The notes beneath the pieces were generated by a model, which made no database searches, was not told the origin of the DNA, and was given only the letters and a program-made list of their open reading frames with translations. From NCBI GenBank assembly GCA_902797795.1, contig CADBUF010000070.1:1-55954 (forward strand): a stretch of 55,954 bases of DNA, given 5' to 3'. Shown here piece after piece: positions 1-10,102 of the stretch (the stretch's first letter is position 1; every line of letters starts with the position of its first letter). A program made the position numbers and the translations under genes. Origin of the DNA: an uncultured Erysipelotrichaceae bacterium (GTDB taxonomy: Bacteria > Bacillota_I > Bacilli_A > RFN20 > CAG-826).

Positions 1-17
1 TAAAATCTCTAGTTTTT

Positions 18-44
18 AAAAAAGCAAAGCTTTTGCTTCTTTTT
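18..44. terminator. Intrinsic terminator (likely bidirectional) downstream of the 804-aa lipoprotein gene
   Basis: Stem AAGCAAA-gct-TTTGCTT (22-38) flanked by A-tract and T-tract. Confidence 0.6.
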
Positions 45-65
45 GTCGTATCTTTTTATAAAAAT

Positions 66-2480
66 TTATAAGATAATAGTTGTATAGGTATATCCCATTT
101 CGATTAAGTTCGTCTTATAATCTTCGAACGCACTTTCAGCGAGTGCAACAGATGTAAAGGTTGCTGTAAAATCAACTTCCTTCCAACCATCTAAATCCGC
201 AACTTGCAAGATGCTATAGATAACACCGGAATCAGTAATAACTGGGTATTCAAGATTAGGGAATAAGGAAGAAATAGTCTCACTTGGGAAAGTTGTTTGT
301 TCACTTGGATCATCTTTGTGAGCAGTAACTTCCATAGAGACAATCTTATTACCGAAAGATTCAACAGGAGTCACTCTAATATCAATAACTTCATCAGTGA
401 TGATCGTAGCATTACCATCAGTTTTGGATTTCATTCCATCTTTACAAGATAATAAAGAAGCACAATATAAAGAAGCACAGTTAGATGGATCCATACTTCC
501 AGTTAGATAGATATCAATCCAAACTTTTTCACCAAAGTCTTCAATCTCAACAGAACTGAAAGCAAATGAAGGAGTAGGGAAAGTGAATTCACCAATTTCT
601 TTAATGGCTTCACTAATGTCTTCGCTTGGCCAGATAACTTCTTCACTAGGAATAACAAAATCGGTTCCATTAGTGGTAGTTATATCAATGTATAAGTTGC
701 CACTAAGTTCATAGATGACAATATTAAATTGTCCATTTGGCGATAAACATTGACCAATACTATATTTTGGGCTTTCTCCATTTAGAGTAAATCCGTTATT
801 AAGGAGAATAGAAATATAAGTAGCAATAGCTTGACTTGTATCAGCGTCTTTTGGCATTAATAAACAAATTTCTAAATCACCTTGATAAAGATATACATCA
901 GTTCCATATGATTCAATAAATGCAGGAACAGAATCAGTAATACCGTTATATTCCAAAATGGATTTAATGTTTTTTTCTGGGAATCTAGCGTCAGCAAAAG
1001 TAATAGTGACTGAACCACTAGTGGCGTAATATGTCGTAATCGCGATTTCATGATTTGGTGACATATAAATCGTGTCACTATAATAATCTAGACCGTATTC
1101 AGTATAACCAGCGTTTAAAAGAGTCTCTTTATAGCTAGCTACTCCACTTGTTTCTGTACCTGTTTTTACGGAAACAAGGACCATGTAGCCCATGTAATCT
1201 TCAATGACAGAGAATCCATTATTTGCGCCTTCATATTCTGGAATAGAGTCAATGAAACCTTCTCCTAAAATATGAGCGATTTCTTCTCTTGGCCACCCAG
1301 TTTCTGGGATTGGATCAAATGCATAATATAAAGTGAATTTAACAGAACTCTCATTCTCGTAATATTCGATATCATATTTGCCATAACATACATCAGGAAT
1401 AAGTTTTCTAATCGTGTAATTTTTATCACTGTTTTCTGTTACTTCGTAACCACTACTTTCTAAATTAGTTATATAAGTATCAAAAGTAGTTCTACTAACG
1501 TTATAGACTTCAACGAAAGCAGTAATTAATTCATACATTTCATGTTCATAGTAATAATCATTTTTCACATTATTTCTATATAGATAAAAGCTTCCTTCAA
1601 GAGGAACAACACCAAAATTTTCTAAATCGTATTTGGTGTAGAAATCATTAATTTGGTTAGCTGGCCAATAAGGAATAGGGGCAAGATGAATGTCTAATGA
1701 TTTAATACCACTGTCGTATAAATAATAAAGTGCGTATTGTTCATCAGGAGAAACAGCGACATAGAAAGTGTCATCATATTTTTCTTCTAAAACGTTCCAA
1801 TAAGCATTAGTAAGAATCTCGCTATAACCACCGTCATCGAGATTACTATCTAAATAACAATAAATAGCAAGTTCTGAATCATCAATTTCATAATATTTAG
1901 CCTCAATAGCAGGTGGGACTTCTTTTGAATAGAATGATAATTCTGCGTAATCGCTAATAAATTCACTTGGGAAAGAATATACATATGGATCATATGCTTC
2001 TAAATAGAATGTTCCTTCTCCTATAGAGGAAGGGACACCAGTGTTATTTTCCGCATATAGTAAAAATTCAACACATCTCACTCCTAAAGATGTATCAAAT
2101 TCACCAAACCCTTTATAAACGCTACCTTCTTGGAGGTTATTAATTCTTGAGATATCTTTAACCTCAAAATCGTCACTTAATTTCAAAGCATATGTAGAAA
2201 GTTCGTTATTTTGAACATCTCCACCATTTAAAATGACTTTATTTTCTTCTTCATTAAAGGTTACAGTCGTCTCATCTTTATAACGTGGGAAAACATAATC
2301 ATGAAGATGAGTGGACATAACTAAAGCTTCTTCTTCACTCCATGTAGGTGTTGGTTCTGGAGTTGGGGTAGGAATAGGTGTAACTGGGGTACTATCTCCA
2401 CTACCTCCACTAGATCCACAAGAAACCATAACTACTGTTAGTAAAGAAATAAATAGAGAACTAATCAATTTATTTTTCAT
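66..2480 (-). CDS. Large acidic surface lipoprotein with Pro/Thr linker and ~6 tandem ~100-120 aa repeat domains, function unknown
   Basis: Signal peptide with lipobox-like MVSC; TPVTPIPTPTPEPTPT linker; recurring [WF]PxxxI...YxxxLxxxG[YF] motif; GGAGG SD upstream. Confidence 0.75.
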   Translation of the reverse strand: MKNKLISSLFISLLTVVMVSCGSSGGSGDSTPVTPIPTPTPEPTPTWSEEEALVMSTHLHDYVFPRYKDETTVTFNEEENKVILNGGDVQNNELSTYALKLSDDFEVKDISRINNLQEGSVYKGFGEFDTSLGVRCVEFLLYAENNTGVPSSIGEGTFYLEAYDPYVYSFPSEFISDYAELSFYSKEVPPAIEAKYYEIDDSELAIYCYLDSNLDDGGYSEILTNAYWNVLEEKYDDTFYVAVSPDEQYALYYLYDSGIKSLDIHLAPIPYWPANQINDFYTKYDLENFGVVPLEGSFYLYRNNVKNDYYYEHEMYELITAFVEVYNVSRTTFDTYITNLESSGYEVTENSDKNYTIRKLIPDVCYGKYDIEYYENESSVKFTLYYAFDPIPETGWPREEIAHILGEGFIDSIPEYEGANNGFSVIEDYMGYMVLVSVKTGTETSGVASYKETLLNAGYTEYGLDYYSDTIYMSPNHEIAITTYYATSGSVTITFADARFPEKNIKSILEYNGITDSVPAFIESYGTDVYLYQGDLEICLLMPKDADTSQAIATYISILLNNGFTLNGESPKYSIGQCLSPNGQFNIVIYELSGNLYIDITTTNGTDFVIPSEEVIWPSEDISEAIKEIGEFTFPTPSFAFSSVEIEDFGEKVWIDIYLTGSMDPSNCASLYCASLLSCKDGMKSKTDGNATIITDEVIDIRVTPVESFGNKIVSMEVTAHKDDPSEQTTFPSETISSLFPNLEYPVITDSGVIYSILQVADLDGWKEVDFTATFTSVALAESAFEDYKTNLIEMGYTYTTIIL

Positions 2481-2564
2481 AAGTCGTTCCTCCTTTGAGG
2501 TTATCTAAAATATAAAAAAATTGATCAATAAAATCAACTTTTTATCTAATGTAAAAATGATAAA

Positions 2565-3200
2565 TTAGATTCCGACATAGTGGCTTGTAACTACCCAGGC
2601 CGCTAAAATGAGAAGGATTATTCCTCCAATAATCATTGTGATTTCATATTTTCCTTTAAAGAGTTTAGCGATTGCGCTTCCAAGGAAAAGGCCAATTAAA
2701 CAAATCACAAAAGTAATAACAATAATAATAGCAGCGTGAAGCCACACAGTAGCGTTATTACTATATCCTGCATGAAGAGTAACACCTACCGCCATCGCAT
2801 CAATCGCAGTAGCTATACCCATAATAAGCACTTCTTTAAGCGAGAAATGTTTTCTTTCTTTTTGTTCGCTTTCTTTTCTAGTTTCAAGAATTCCTTCAAG
2901 TAGCATCTTTCCACCAATGAAGACTAATAAACCGAAAGAGATCCATGTAATCGTTGTTGAAAAGATTTGTCCTGCTCTAACCCCACTTGATTCACCGACG
3001 ATATATTCAATAAACTCAATAAAGAAATAACCAATTAGAGGCATGATGCCTTGCATTAAGCCAAAAACACCCGCAATAAAGAATGATTTCTTCTTATTGA
3101 TATCTTCATAAACAAGACTGTCAGTTACACTGACAGCAAAAGCGTCCATTGCTAGAGCAACACCAAATAAGATAATTTGAGAAATAATTAATAAAGTCAT
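2565..3200 (-). CDS. mntP: Manganese efflux pump MntP family membrane protein
   Basis: Duplicated motifs ALAMDAFAVS and ATAIDAMAVG; ~6 hydrophobic segments; ATG at 3200 preferred over GTG at 3206. Confidence 0.85.
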   Translation of the reverse strand: MTLLIISQIILFGVALAMDAFAVSVTDSLVYEDINKKKSFFIAGVFGLMQGIMPLIGYFFIEFIEYIVGESSGVRAGQIFSTTITWISFGLLVFIGGKMLLEGILETRKESEQKERKHFSLKEVLIMGIATAIDAMAVGVTLHAGYSNNATVWLHAAIIIVITFVICLIGLFLGSAIAKLFKGKYEITMIIGGIILLILAAWVVTSHYVGI

Positions 3201-3282
3201 CCTCACTATTATAATTGTTATTCTTAATAAGTGATAACTAACTTGTTATTGTGATAAACTTTATTTAATTGGAGAGAAGATA

Positions 3283-4278
3283 ATGATGAAAAAGATTGGA
3301 ATATTAGGAAGTGGTACTTGGGGTACCGCTTTAGCAAACATGCTCGTTAAGATGGGGCATAATGTTACTTTATGGAGTAAATTTGAAAAGGATTCAATTC
3401 TTTTAAAAGAAACACACACTCATCCTAATCTTCCTGGCTCGATCATTTCTAGTGATATCAATTTTGTGACCGACATTTCTAAAGCCTGCTTAGATATGGA
3501 TTTTGTTATCTTTGCTACTCCTTCTATTTATATTCGTGAAACTGCAAATGTTACCAAGCCATTTTTAAATGACAAACAAGTAATCATCACTGTCTCTAAA
3601 GGAATTGAAAAGGATACCCTCTTTACGATGAGTGAAATTTTAGAAGATGTTTTAGGTTCTTCGTTTAATGTTGTCGCTTTAAGCGGTCCAACCCACGCAG
3701 AAGAAGTTGCTAAAGGATTGCCAACTTTAATTGTTTCTAGCTGCAAAGATAAAAAAATAGCAAAGCTTGTACAAGAAGAAGTGAGCAATAATGTTTTAAG
3801 AGTTTACACAAATACCGATATTAAAGGTGTGGAATTATGTGGCGCTTTAAAAAATATTATTGCCTTAGCTGCTGGTATGTCTGAAGGATTAGGATATGGA
3901 GATAACGCTAAAGCCGCAATTATCACAAGGGGCTTAGCAGAAATTACTCGTATAGGTTTAGCTATGGGCTGCACTGAACAAACTTTTTCTGGTTTAAGTG
4001 GTATCGGTGATATTGTTGTTACCGCAACAAGTACAAATAGTAGAAACCATAACGCTGGTGTTCTTATTGGACAAGGTTATTCCTTAAAAGAAACATTAGA
4101 AAAAGTTGGAATGGTTGTTGAAGGTATCAACGCCTTAGAGGCTGCTAAAGAACTTGAAAAGAAATATCAAGTTGAACTACCAATTATCGATGTAGTTTAT
4201 CGTATTGTGAAAGATGATATTCCTGTCACAATGGCGATTCCATTATTATTTGGAAGAGAAAAAATAAGCGAGATCTGA
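3283..4278 (+). CDS. gpsA: NAD(P)H-dependent glycerol-3-phosphate dehydrogenase
   Basis: GSGTWGTA Rossmann motif, SKGIE, LSGPTHAEEV, GALKNIIA, SRN. Confidence 0.95.
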   Translation: MMKKIGILGSGTWGTALANMLVKMGHNVTLWSKFEKDSILLKETHTHPNLPGSIISSDINFVTDISKACLDMDFVIFATPSIYIRETANVTKPFLNDKQVIITVSKGIEKDTLFTMSEILEDVLGSSFNVVALSGPTHAEEVAKGLPTLIVSSCKDKKIAKLVQEEVSNNVLRVYTNTDIKGVELCGALKNIIALAAGMSEGLGYGDNAKAAIITRGLAEITRIGLAMGCTEQTFSGLSGIGDIVVTATSTNSRNHNAGVLIGQGYSLKETLEKVGMVVEGINALEAAKELEKKYQVELPIIDVVYRIVKDDIPVTMAIPLLFGREKISEI

Positions 4279-4293
4279 GCGATTCTCGCTTTT
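4266..4293. terminator. Terminator hairpin between convergent gpsA and ABC transporter genes
   Basis: AAGCGAGA...TCTCGCTT stem overlapping the gpsA stop codon. Confidence 0.6.
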
Positions 4294-4296
4294 AAT

Positions 4297-6267
4297 TTAT
4301 TCCAATTCAAACGCTCCGGTATATAGGTTATAGTAGACACCTTTTTGTTTGATTAAATCATCGTGAGTTCCACGTTCAATAATGTGACCATGATCAAGAA
4401 CCATAATCGCATCACTATTTTGAACAGTGGACAATCGATGGGCAATCACAAAGACGGTTCTACCTTCCATTAATTGGTCTGTACCTTTTTGCACCAATCT
4501 TTCAGTACGAGTATCAATTGAAGAAGTTGCTTCATCTAAAATCATAACAGGAGCATCTGCTACTGCTGCTCTAGCAATAGAGAGGAGCTGTCTTTGACCT
4601 TGCGAGAGATTACTGCCATCTCCAGAAAGCATGGTGTCATATCCTTCAGGTAGTCGACTAATGAAATCATGAGCGTTAGCAATTTTTGCGGCTTCGATAC
4701 ATTCTTCATCAGTTGCGTCTAATCGACCATAACGGATATTCTCCATTACTGTTCCTGAGAACAAGTTAGTGTCTTGTAAAACAATACCTAATGAACGACG
4801 TAAATCAGCTTTTTTAATTTTATTAATATTGATTCCATCATAACGGATTTTCCCATCCGCAATATCATAGAAACGATTAATCAGATTAGTAATTGTGGTT
4901 TTGCCTGCTCCAGTAGCGCCTACAAAGGCAATTTTTTGTCCTGGATGAGCATAGATAGAAACATCTTCAAGAACAAGACGTTTACCATCATAAGAGAAAT
5001 CAACTTTATCTAAAACGATATCGCCTTTAAGTTCACGATATTCAATGGTTCCATCTTTGTGGCGATATTTCCAAGCATAATTTCTAGTATGTTCATCAGT
5101 TTCTTCGAAACTACCATCTTCATTATATTTAATGTTACATAAATAGACATAGCCTTCATCTTTTTCTGCTTTTTCATCCATTAACTCCAAACAGCGAGAT
5201 GCACCCGCCATACCCATAACAATGAAAATAATTTGTTGTGAGAATTGGTTAACGTTATTGGCGAACATTCTGCTCATCATTAAGAAGAGGGCAATCATTC
5301 CCGCGAATCGAGCAGGGTCACCTTTAATTGGTTCATATCCACTGAAGGATAGATTCTTCCATCCAAAGACATAGATAAAGGCACCCATAAGTCCGCATAA
5401 AATATATAGGAAGTTGCCTATGTTACCCATAACCGGCATCATCACGTTACCATGAATGTTCGCGGTTGTTGCATAATCACGTAGTTCTTCATTTAAAGTG
5501 TCAAATTCCTCAGCGCTCTTTTGTTCATGAGTGAATACTTTGATGACTTTAAGTCCTTTAATACTTTCTTCAATTGAACCTTCAACTTGTCCTAATGCGG
5601 CTTGTTGTTTAATAAAGTATTTTGAGGATTTTCCTCCAAGTCCTTTAACAACACCAACCATAATGATGAAACCAACAACAACGACTAAAGTCATCCAAAC
5701 TGATGTTGATAACATAATGAAGAAGACAAAGATTGAAACTAAACCTGTCTGAATTAAACTTGGCAAAGCTTGAGAGATGAATTGTCTAATCGTATCAATA
5801 TCATTTGTGTATAAAGACATGATTGATCCATGAGCGTGCGTATCAAAATATTTGATTGGTAAATCTTCCATATGGGAGAACATTGCTTTACGGAAGTCAT
5901 TCATAAACTTTTGAGTGACAATCGCCATTGTGCGATTCCAAGTCCAGCTAGCAAGAATACCAACTAAATAAATAGAACCTAAAATGATTAATAAATAAGA
6001 TACATTACTATAAATAGTAAAACCAAATGTTGATGAGATTGGATAGACATCCACAAATGGGTTGAATGAATCCTTTCCTGCTTGAGTCAAAGCATTAGTA
6101 GCAAGGGATACAAAAACAGAGGATGATAAATTTCCAAATACATTAAACACTAAACAAATAAGTGAGACGATAAGTTGAGCAGGATAGAGTTTGAATAAAC
6201 GTTTGAGAAGAGTTTTCATCGTACCTTTTCTCGCTCTTCCTCTTTCTCTAATACGAACTGGTGGCAT
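4297..6267 (-). CDS. ABC exporter fused permease/ATPase, subunit 2 of a heterodimer
   Basis: TM domain plus Walker A GATGAGKT, signature LSQGQRQ, Walker B ILDEATS, IAHRLS. Confidence 0.92.
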   Translation of the reverse strand: MPPVRIRERGRARKGTMKTLLKRLFKLYPAQLIVSLICLVFNVFGNLSSSVFVSLATNALTQAGKDSFNPFVDVYPISSTFGFTIYSNVSYLLIILGSIYLVGILASWTWNRTMAIVTQKFMNDFRKAMFSHMEDLPIKYFDTHAHGSIMSLYTNDIDTIRQFISQALPSLIQTGLVSIFVFFIMLSTSVWMTLVVVVGFIIMVGVVKGLGGKSSKYFIKQQAALGQVEGSIEESIKGLKVIKVFTHEQKSAEEFDTLNEELRDYATTANIHGNVMMPVMGNIGNFLYILCGLMGAFIYVFGWKNLSFSGYEPIKGDPARFAGMIALFLMMSRMFANNVNQFSQQIIFIVMGMAGASRCLELMDEKAEKDEGYVYLCNIKYNEDGSFEETDEHTRNYAWKYRHKDGTIEYRELKGDIVLDKVDFSYDGKRLVLEDVSIYAHPGQKIAFVGATGAGKTTITNLINRFYDIADGKIRYDGININKIKKADLRRSLGIVLQDTNLFSGTVMENIRYGRLDATDEECIEAAKIANAHDFISRLPEGYDTMLSGDGSNLSQGQRQLLSIARAAVADAPVMILDEATSSIDTRTERLVQKGTDQLMEGRTVFVIAHRLSTVQNSDAIMVLDHGHIIERGTHDDLIKQKGVYYNLYTGAFELE

Positions 6268-8099
6268 TATTTATCACCTCCAACTCTATTTTGTGTGTAG
6301 TACACTTCTTGATAAATATGATTATTTTTCAATAATTCTTCATGGGTGCCGATGGCATCAACATGACCATTATCCAAGATGATGATTTGATCAGCGTCCT
6401 CAATAGAACTAATACGCTGAGCAATAACGATTTTTGTCATTTCTGGTAAATCATTCTTTAATCCTCTTCTAATTAAACGGTCAGTTTTTGTGTCAACCGC
6501 ACTAGTAGAATCATCCAAAATCATAATCTTTGGATTTTTAAGGATGGCACGAGCAATACAAAGACGTTGTTTTTGTCCGCCTGAGAAGTTTGCTCCACCT
6601 TGTTCAACTTTTGATTGAAGTCCTTCAGGTTTAGCCTTAACTATTTCTTCGGCTTGAGCAATACGACATGCTTTCCACATATCTTCTTCACTTGCGTTAA
6701 GATTTCCCCATTTCAAATTGGATTCAATTGTTCCTGAGAAAAGGAAATTCTTTTGAAGGACAACCGCGACATTATCTCTTAAAGTTTCAAGGTCATATTC
6801 TTTGACATTATGACCTGCAACAAGAACCTCTCCTTCACTAACATCATATAGACGAGAAATGAGGTTGATGACCGATGTTTTTCCAGAACCAGTAGAACCT
6901 AAAATTCCGATAAATTGGCCACTTTTGATGTGAATATCAATATTATTTAACGCATTTCTTTCAGCGTTTTTCTTGTATTTGAATGAAACATTATTGAAGT
7001 CAACATCACCATTTACAACGTTATTAAGAGAGACGGGAGGATTAACAATTGTTGGCTCTTCTTCAAGGACTTCTGAGATACGTTTGATGGACTCAATTGA
7101 CATGGCAATCATCACCATAATCATAGAAATCATCATCAGGGACATAAGGATTTGGATACCATATGTGATAAGGGCGCTTAATTGCCCTAAAGTTAATTGT
7201 CCACCTACCCAGTCACCAACTATATGACCAGTAGCGGGGTCAATCTTGGTTTCAAAATGTCCTGATTTATAAATAAGTAATGAACCTAAACCAATAATTA
7301 AAATATTACTAACATGGATAGCCGTATTCATTAAAGGATTATTAAGAGCAACAATCTTTTCTGCTTTGACAAAGTCGGTAGTAATTGCGTCACTAGCTTT
7401 GGCAAATTTTTCTTTTTCGAAGTCTTCTCTAACATATGATTTAACAACTCGAATACCAGAGACGTTCTCTTGAATGGATTCGTTGAGTTTGTCATATCGT
7501 TTAAAGATGGACATAAATAATTTCATCGCATGTCTGATAATCAAAAGTAATCCGAAGGCTACAATTGGAATTAATCCCACAAAGATAAAACCCATCATTC
7601 CTCCACCAACGAAAGTCATAACAGCGGAGAAAATGAGCATTAATGGAGCTCTAATAACAATACGAATCATCATTTGGAACGCCATCTGAACATTATTAAT
7701 ATCAGTGGTCATTCTAGTAACTAAACTACTCGTAGAGAATTTATCAATGTTCTCAAAAGAGAAATTAGTCAACTTTTTATACAAGTCGCTACGTAAATTA
7801 GCAGCCATTCCAACAGAAGCTTTAGAAGCATATATTCCTCCAAAAATACCACAAAGTAGTGAAATAATGGCCATCCCTAATAACATTAGAGCTAGATAAA
7901 ACACTGGTATAGAGCCATCACTTGTATGGAAAAAATCACCAGAGTTATTGAGAAGTTTAATTTCATCAACGAATAAACCCATGATAAATGGCATAGCGCA
8001 TTCCATTGCTGCTTCACCAATCATAAATAAAGGAGTTATAAGAGCGTATTTCTTATATTCCCTCACACTTTTTAAAATTAGTTTTATCTTTTTTAACAT
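6267..8099 (-). CDS. ABC exporter fused permease/ATPase, subunit 1 of a heterodimer (degenerate Walker B)
   Basis: GSTGSGKT, FSGGQKQR, ILDDSTS, IAQRIS: the TM287/288-type asymmetric pattern. Confidence 0.92.
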   Translation of the reverse strand: MLKKIKLILKSVREYKKYALITPLFMIGEAAMECAMPFIMGLFVDEIKLLNNSGDFFHTSDGSIPVFYLALMLLGMAIISLLCGIFGGIYASKASVGMAANLRSDLYKKLTNFSFENIDKFSTSSLVTRMTTDINNVQMAFQMMIRIVIRAPLMLIFSAVMTFVGGGMMGFIFVGLIPIVAFGLLLIIRHAMKLFMSIFKRYDKLNESIQENVSGIRVVKSYVREDFEKEKFAKASDAITTDFVKAEKIVALNNPLMNTAIHVSNILIIGLGSLLIYKSGHFETKIDPATGHIVGDWVGGQLTLGQLSALITYGIQILMSLMMISMIMVMIAMSIESIKRISEVLEEEPTIVNPPVSLNNVVNGDVDFNNVSFKYKKNAERNALNNIDIHIKSGQFIGILGSTGSGKTSVINLISRLYDVSEGEVLVAGHNVKEYDLETLRDNVAVVLQKNFLFSGTIESNLKWGNLNASEEDMWKACRIAQAEEIVKAKPEGLQSKVEQGGANFSGGQKQRLCIARAILKNPKIMILDDSTSAVDTKTDRLIRRGLKNDLPEMTKIVIAQRISSIEDADQIIILDNGHVDAIGTHEELLKNNHIYQEVYYTQNRVGGDK

Positions 8100-8111
8100 G
8101 ACGTCACCTTC

Positions 8112-8714
8112 TTATCTTAATAACATTTCCATGATTACTTCACTATGTGGACACACGAATTTCTTATATCCTATATGAATGCGATTAAACGCAATTCCTT
8201 TTATCAAACTAAGGATAGAGATAGAAAGTTCAGCACTGGAATAATCATTGAAATCGCCTTCTAACTTACCTCTATTAATTAAATCTTCAATTGTAGAGTA
8301 AATAAATGTATGACCTTGTTCATTTTTCTTAACAACCTTTAAACTCTTTTGAAGATGGATATTTAACAATAAATATAATTCTTTTACCTTTTCATCATTA
8401 GGAGACTTAAGAACCTTAAGAACAGTATCGAGTAAATCATGTATAACAAACTTGGCTTTTTGATCGAAATTAATACACTCCACCATTGTTTTACAACTTG
8501 GATAAACAATCTGTTCAATAACACCTTGATAGAGTTCTTCTTTTGATTTGTAGTAGTGATATAGCAAACCATGGCTACAATGAGCGTCCTTAGTCACTTC
8601 ATCAAGATTGACCGCGTCATACCCTTTTAAAACAAAAAGATTTAAAGCACTCCTCAAGATTGTATCTTTTCTTTCGTTACGAATTTGTTCAAATTGTTCT
8701 TTTGATTTTGGCAT
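8112..8714 (-). CDS. TetR/AcrR family transcriptional regulator
   Basis: N-terminal HTH ILRSALNLFVLKGYDAVNLDEVTKDAHCSHGLLYHYYKSKEELY; heads the ABC operon. Confidence 0.92.
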   Translation of the reverse strand: MPKSKEQFEQIRNERKDTILRSALNLFVLKGYDAVNLDEVTKDAHCSHGLLYHYYKSKEELYQGVIEQIVYPSCKTMVECINFDQKAKFVIHDLLDTVLKVLKSPNDEKVKELYLLLNIHLQKSLKVVKKNEQGHTFIYSTIEDLINRGKLEGDFNDYSSAELSISILSLIKGIAFNRIHIGYKKFVCPHSEVIMEMLLR

Positions 8715-8723
8715 ATTTTTTAA

Positions 8724-8739
8724 TTGACTAGTCTGTCAA
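8724..8739. promoter_or_regulatory. Putative TetR operator
   Basis: Inverted repeat TTGAC-tagtct-GTCAA between the tetR -10 and its ATG. Confidence 0.65.
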
Positions 8740-8744
8740 CGAAC

Positions 8745-8796
8745 ATAATACCTGTATACGCACGTACTTGCAACAAAAAACATTAAAAAATATAAT
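8745..8796. promoter_or_regulatory. Divergent sigma-A promoters sharing one palindromic -35 (TTGCAA, 8768-8773)
   Basis: Plus strand TTGCAA-17-TATAAT (8791-8796); minus strand TTGCAA-17-TATTAT (8750-8745). Confidence 0.7.
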
Positions 8797-8816
8797 TAAA
8801 TGAAGAAAATAAGAAT

Positions 8817-10100
8817 ATGAAAAATTTTGTACTAATTTCACCAAACTTCCCAGAAACATATTGGCAATTCGCTAGAGCTCTTCGAAATGTCGGTTTTAGG
8901 GTCCTCGGAATTGGGGATGCTTCATATGGGGAACTCAAACAAGAACTCAAAGATTCCCTTCATGAATATTATAGAGTTAATAATCTCGATAATTTCGATG
9001 AAGAGAAAGAGGCTGTAGGTTATTTTGAAAGAAAATATGGCCATATCGATTTTTTAGAAAGCAATAATGAATATTGGCTAAGAAAAGACTCAATTTTAAG
9101 AGATCTATTTTCAATTGATACCGGTTTAAAATCATTCGAATTAGACCAATATCAAAGGAAAAGTTTGATGAAAGAGAGTTTCAAAAAAGCTGGTGTTAAA
9201 GTTGCACCTTATATCCTTGTAAATGATTTAGAAAGCTTAAAAAAGTTTGCTGAAGAAAATGGCTTCCCTCTCTTTGTTAAACCTGATATTGGGGTCGGCG
9301 CTGAAGAAAGCTTTAAATTATCAAATATGCAAGAATTAGAGGATTTTTTCGCAAAAAAACACGAAAATTGTCAATATATATGCGAAAGATTTGTCTCTGG
9401 AGATATCGTCACTTTTGATGGTATAGCAGATATTAATAGCGAGGTAGTTTTCTTTGCGTCATTAGAATGCCCACCATCGATTAGCGATATCCTTCATGAA
9501 GGTAGTGAAATGTTCTATTATTCAAATCCTTTCATTAGCAAAGAGTTTGAAGAAATAGGAAGAAAAACAGTAAAATCATTTGGACTTAAAAATAGATGTT
9601 TCCATATTGAATTTTTCCGAGTTACTAAAGCAATACAGGGTTTTGCAAATGTTGGAGATATCGTTGGATTAGAGGTTAATATTAGAACTCCTGGTGGTTA
9701 CACACCTGATATGCATAATTTTGCAAATTCTGTAAACATGTATCAAATATATGCAAACACTGTTGCTGATTTCAATCCTCGTCCTATTTGTGATCCTAAA
9801 TTCTATTGTGCTACTGCTTCTAGAAGAGATGGTGTTCAATATTTTTATTCAGATGAAGATGTTTTAAGAACATACGAAAAAGAAATTTGTGGCTCTGGAA
9901 GATATCCAAAAGTACTCGCGGGTGTTATGGGTGACAAATTTTTTATGGCGAAATTTACAAATTTAAAAGAGTTAGAAGTATTTAAAGAATATGTGAATAG
10001 AAGAAATATGCCTTCCGAACATAAAGCAAGTGGTTCTATGTTCAACAAAGAAGGAAATTCTAATGACAATATTTGTGATACTCATATTGATGGAGCGTAA
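8817..10100 (+). CDS. ATP-grasp domain protein (CarB-like small ATP-grasp ligase family)
   Basis: FPLFVKPDIGVGA, YICERFVSG, FHIEFF, LEVNIRTPGG. Confidence 0.8.
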   Translation: MKNFVLISPNFPETYWQFARALRNVGFRVLGIGDASYGELKQELKDSLHEYYRVNNLDNFDEEKEAVGYFERKYGHIDFLESNNEYWLRKDSILRDLFSIDTGLKSFELDQYQRKSLMKESFKKAGVKVAPYILVNDLESLKKFAEENGFPLFVKPDIGVGAEESFKLSNMQELEDFFAKKHENCQYICERFVSGDIVTFDGIADINSEVVFFASLECPPSISDILHEGSEMFYYSNPFISKEFEEIGRKTVKSFGLKNRCFHIEFFRVTKAIQGFANVGDIVGLEVNIRTPGGYTPDMHNFANSVNMYQIYANTVADFNPRPICDPKFYCATASRRDGVQYFYSDEDVLRTYEKEICGSGRYPKVLAGVMGDKFFMAKFTNLKELEVFKEYVNRRNMPSEHKASGSMFNKEGNSNDNICDTHIDGA

Positions 10101-10102
10101 TA

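Noticed and set aside
3201-3282. yybP-ykoY manganese riboswitch upstream of mntP
   Set aside because: The spacer is only ~80 nt, very AT-rich and holds two divergent -10 elements; there is no room or structure for the riboswitch.
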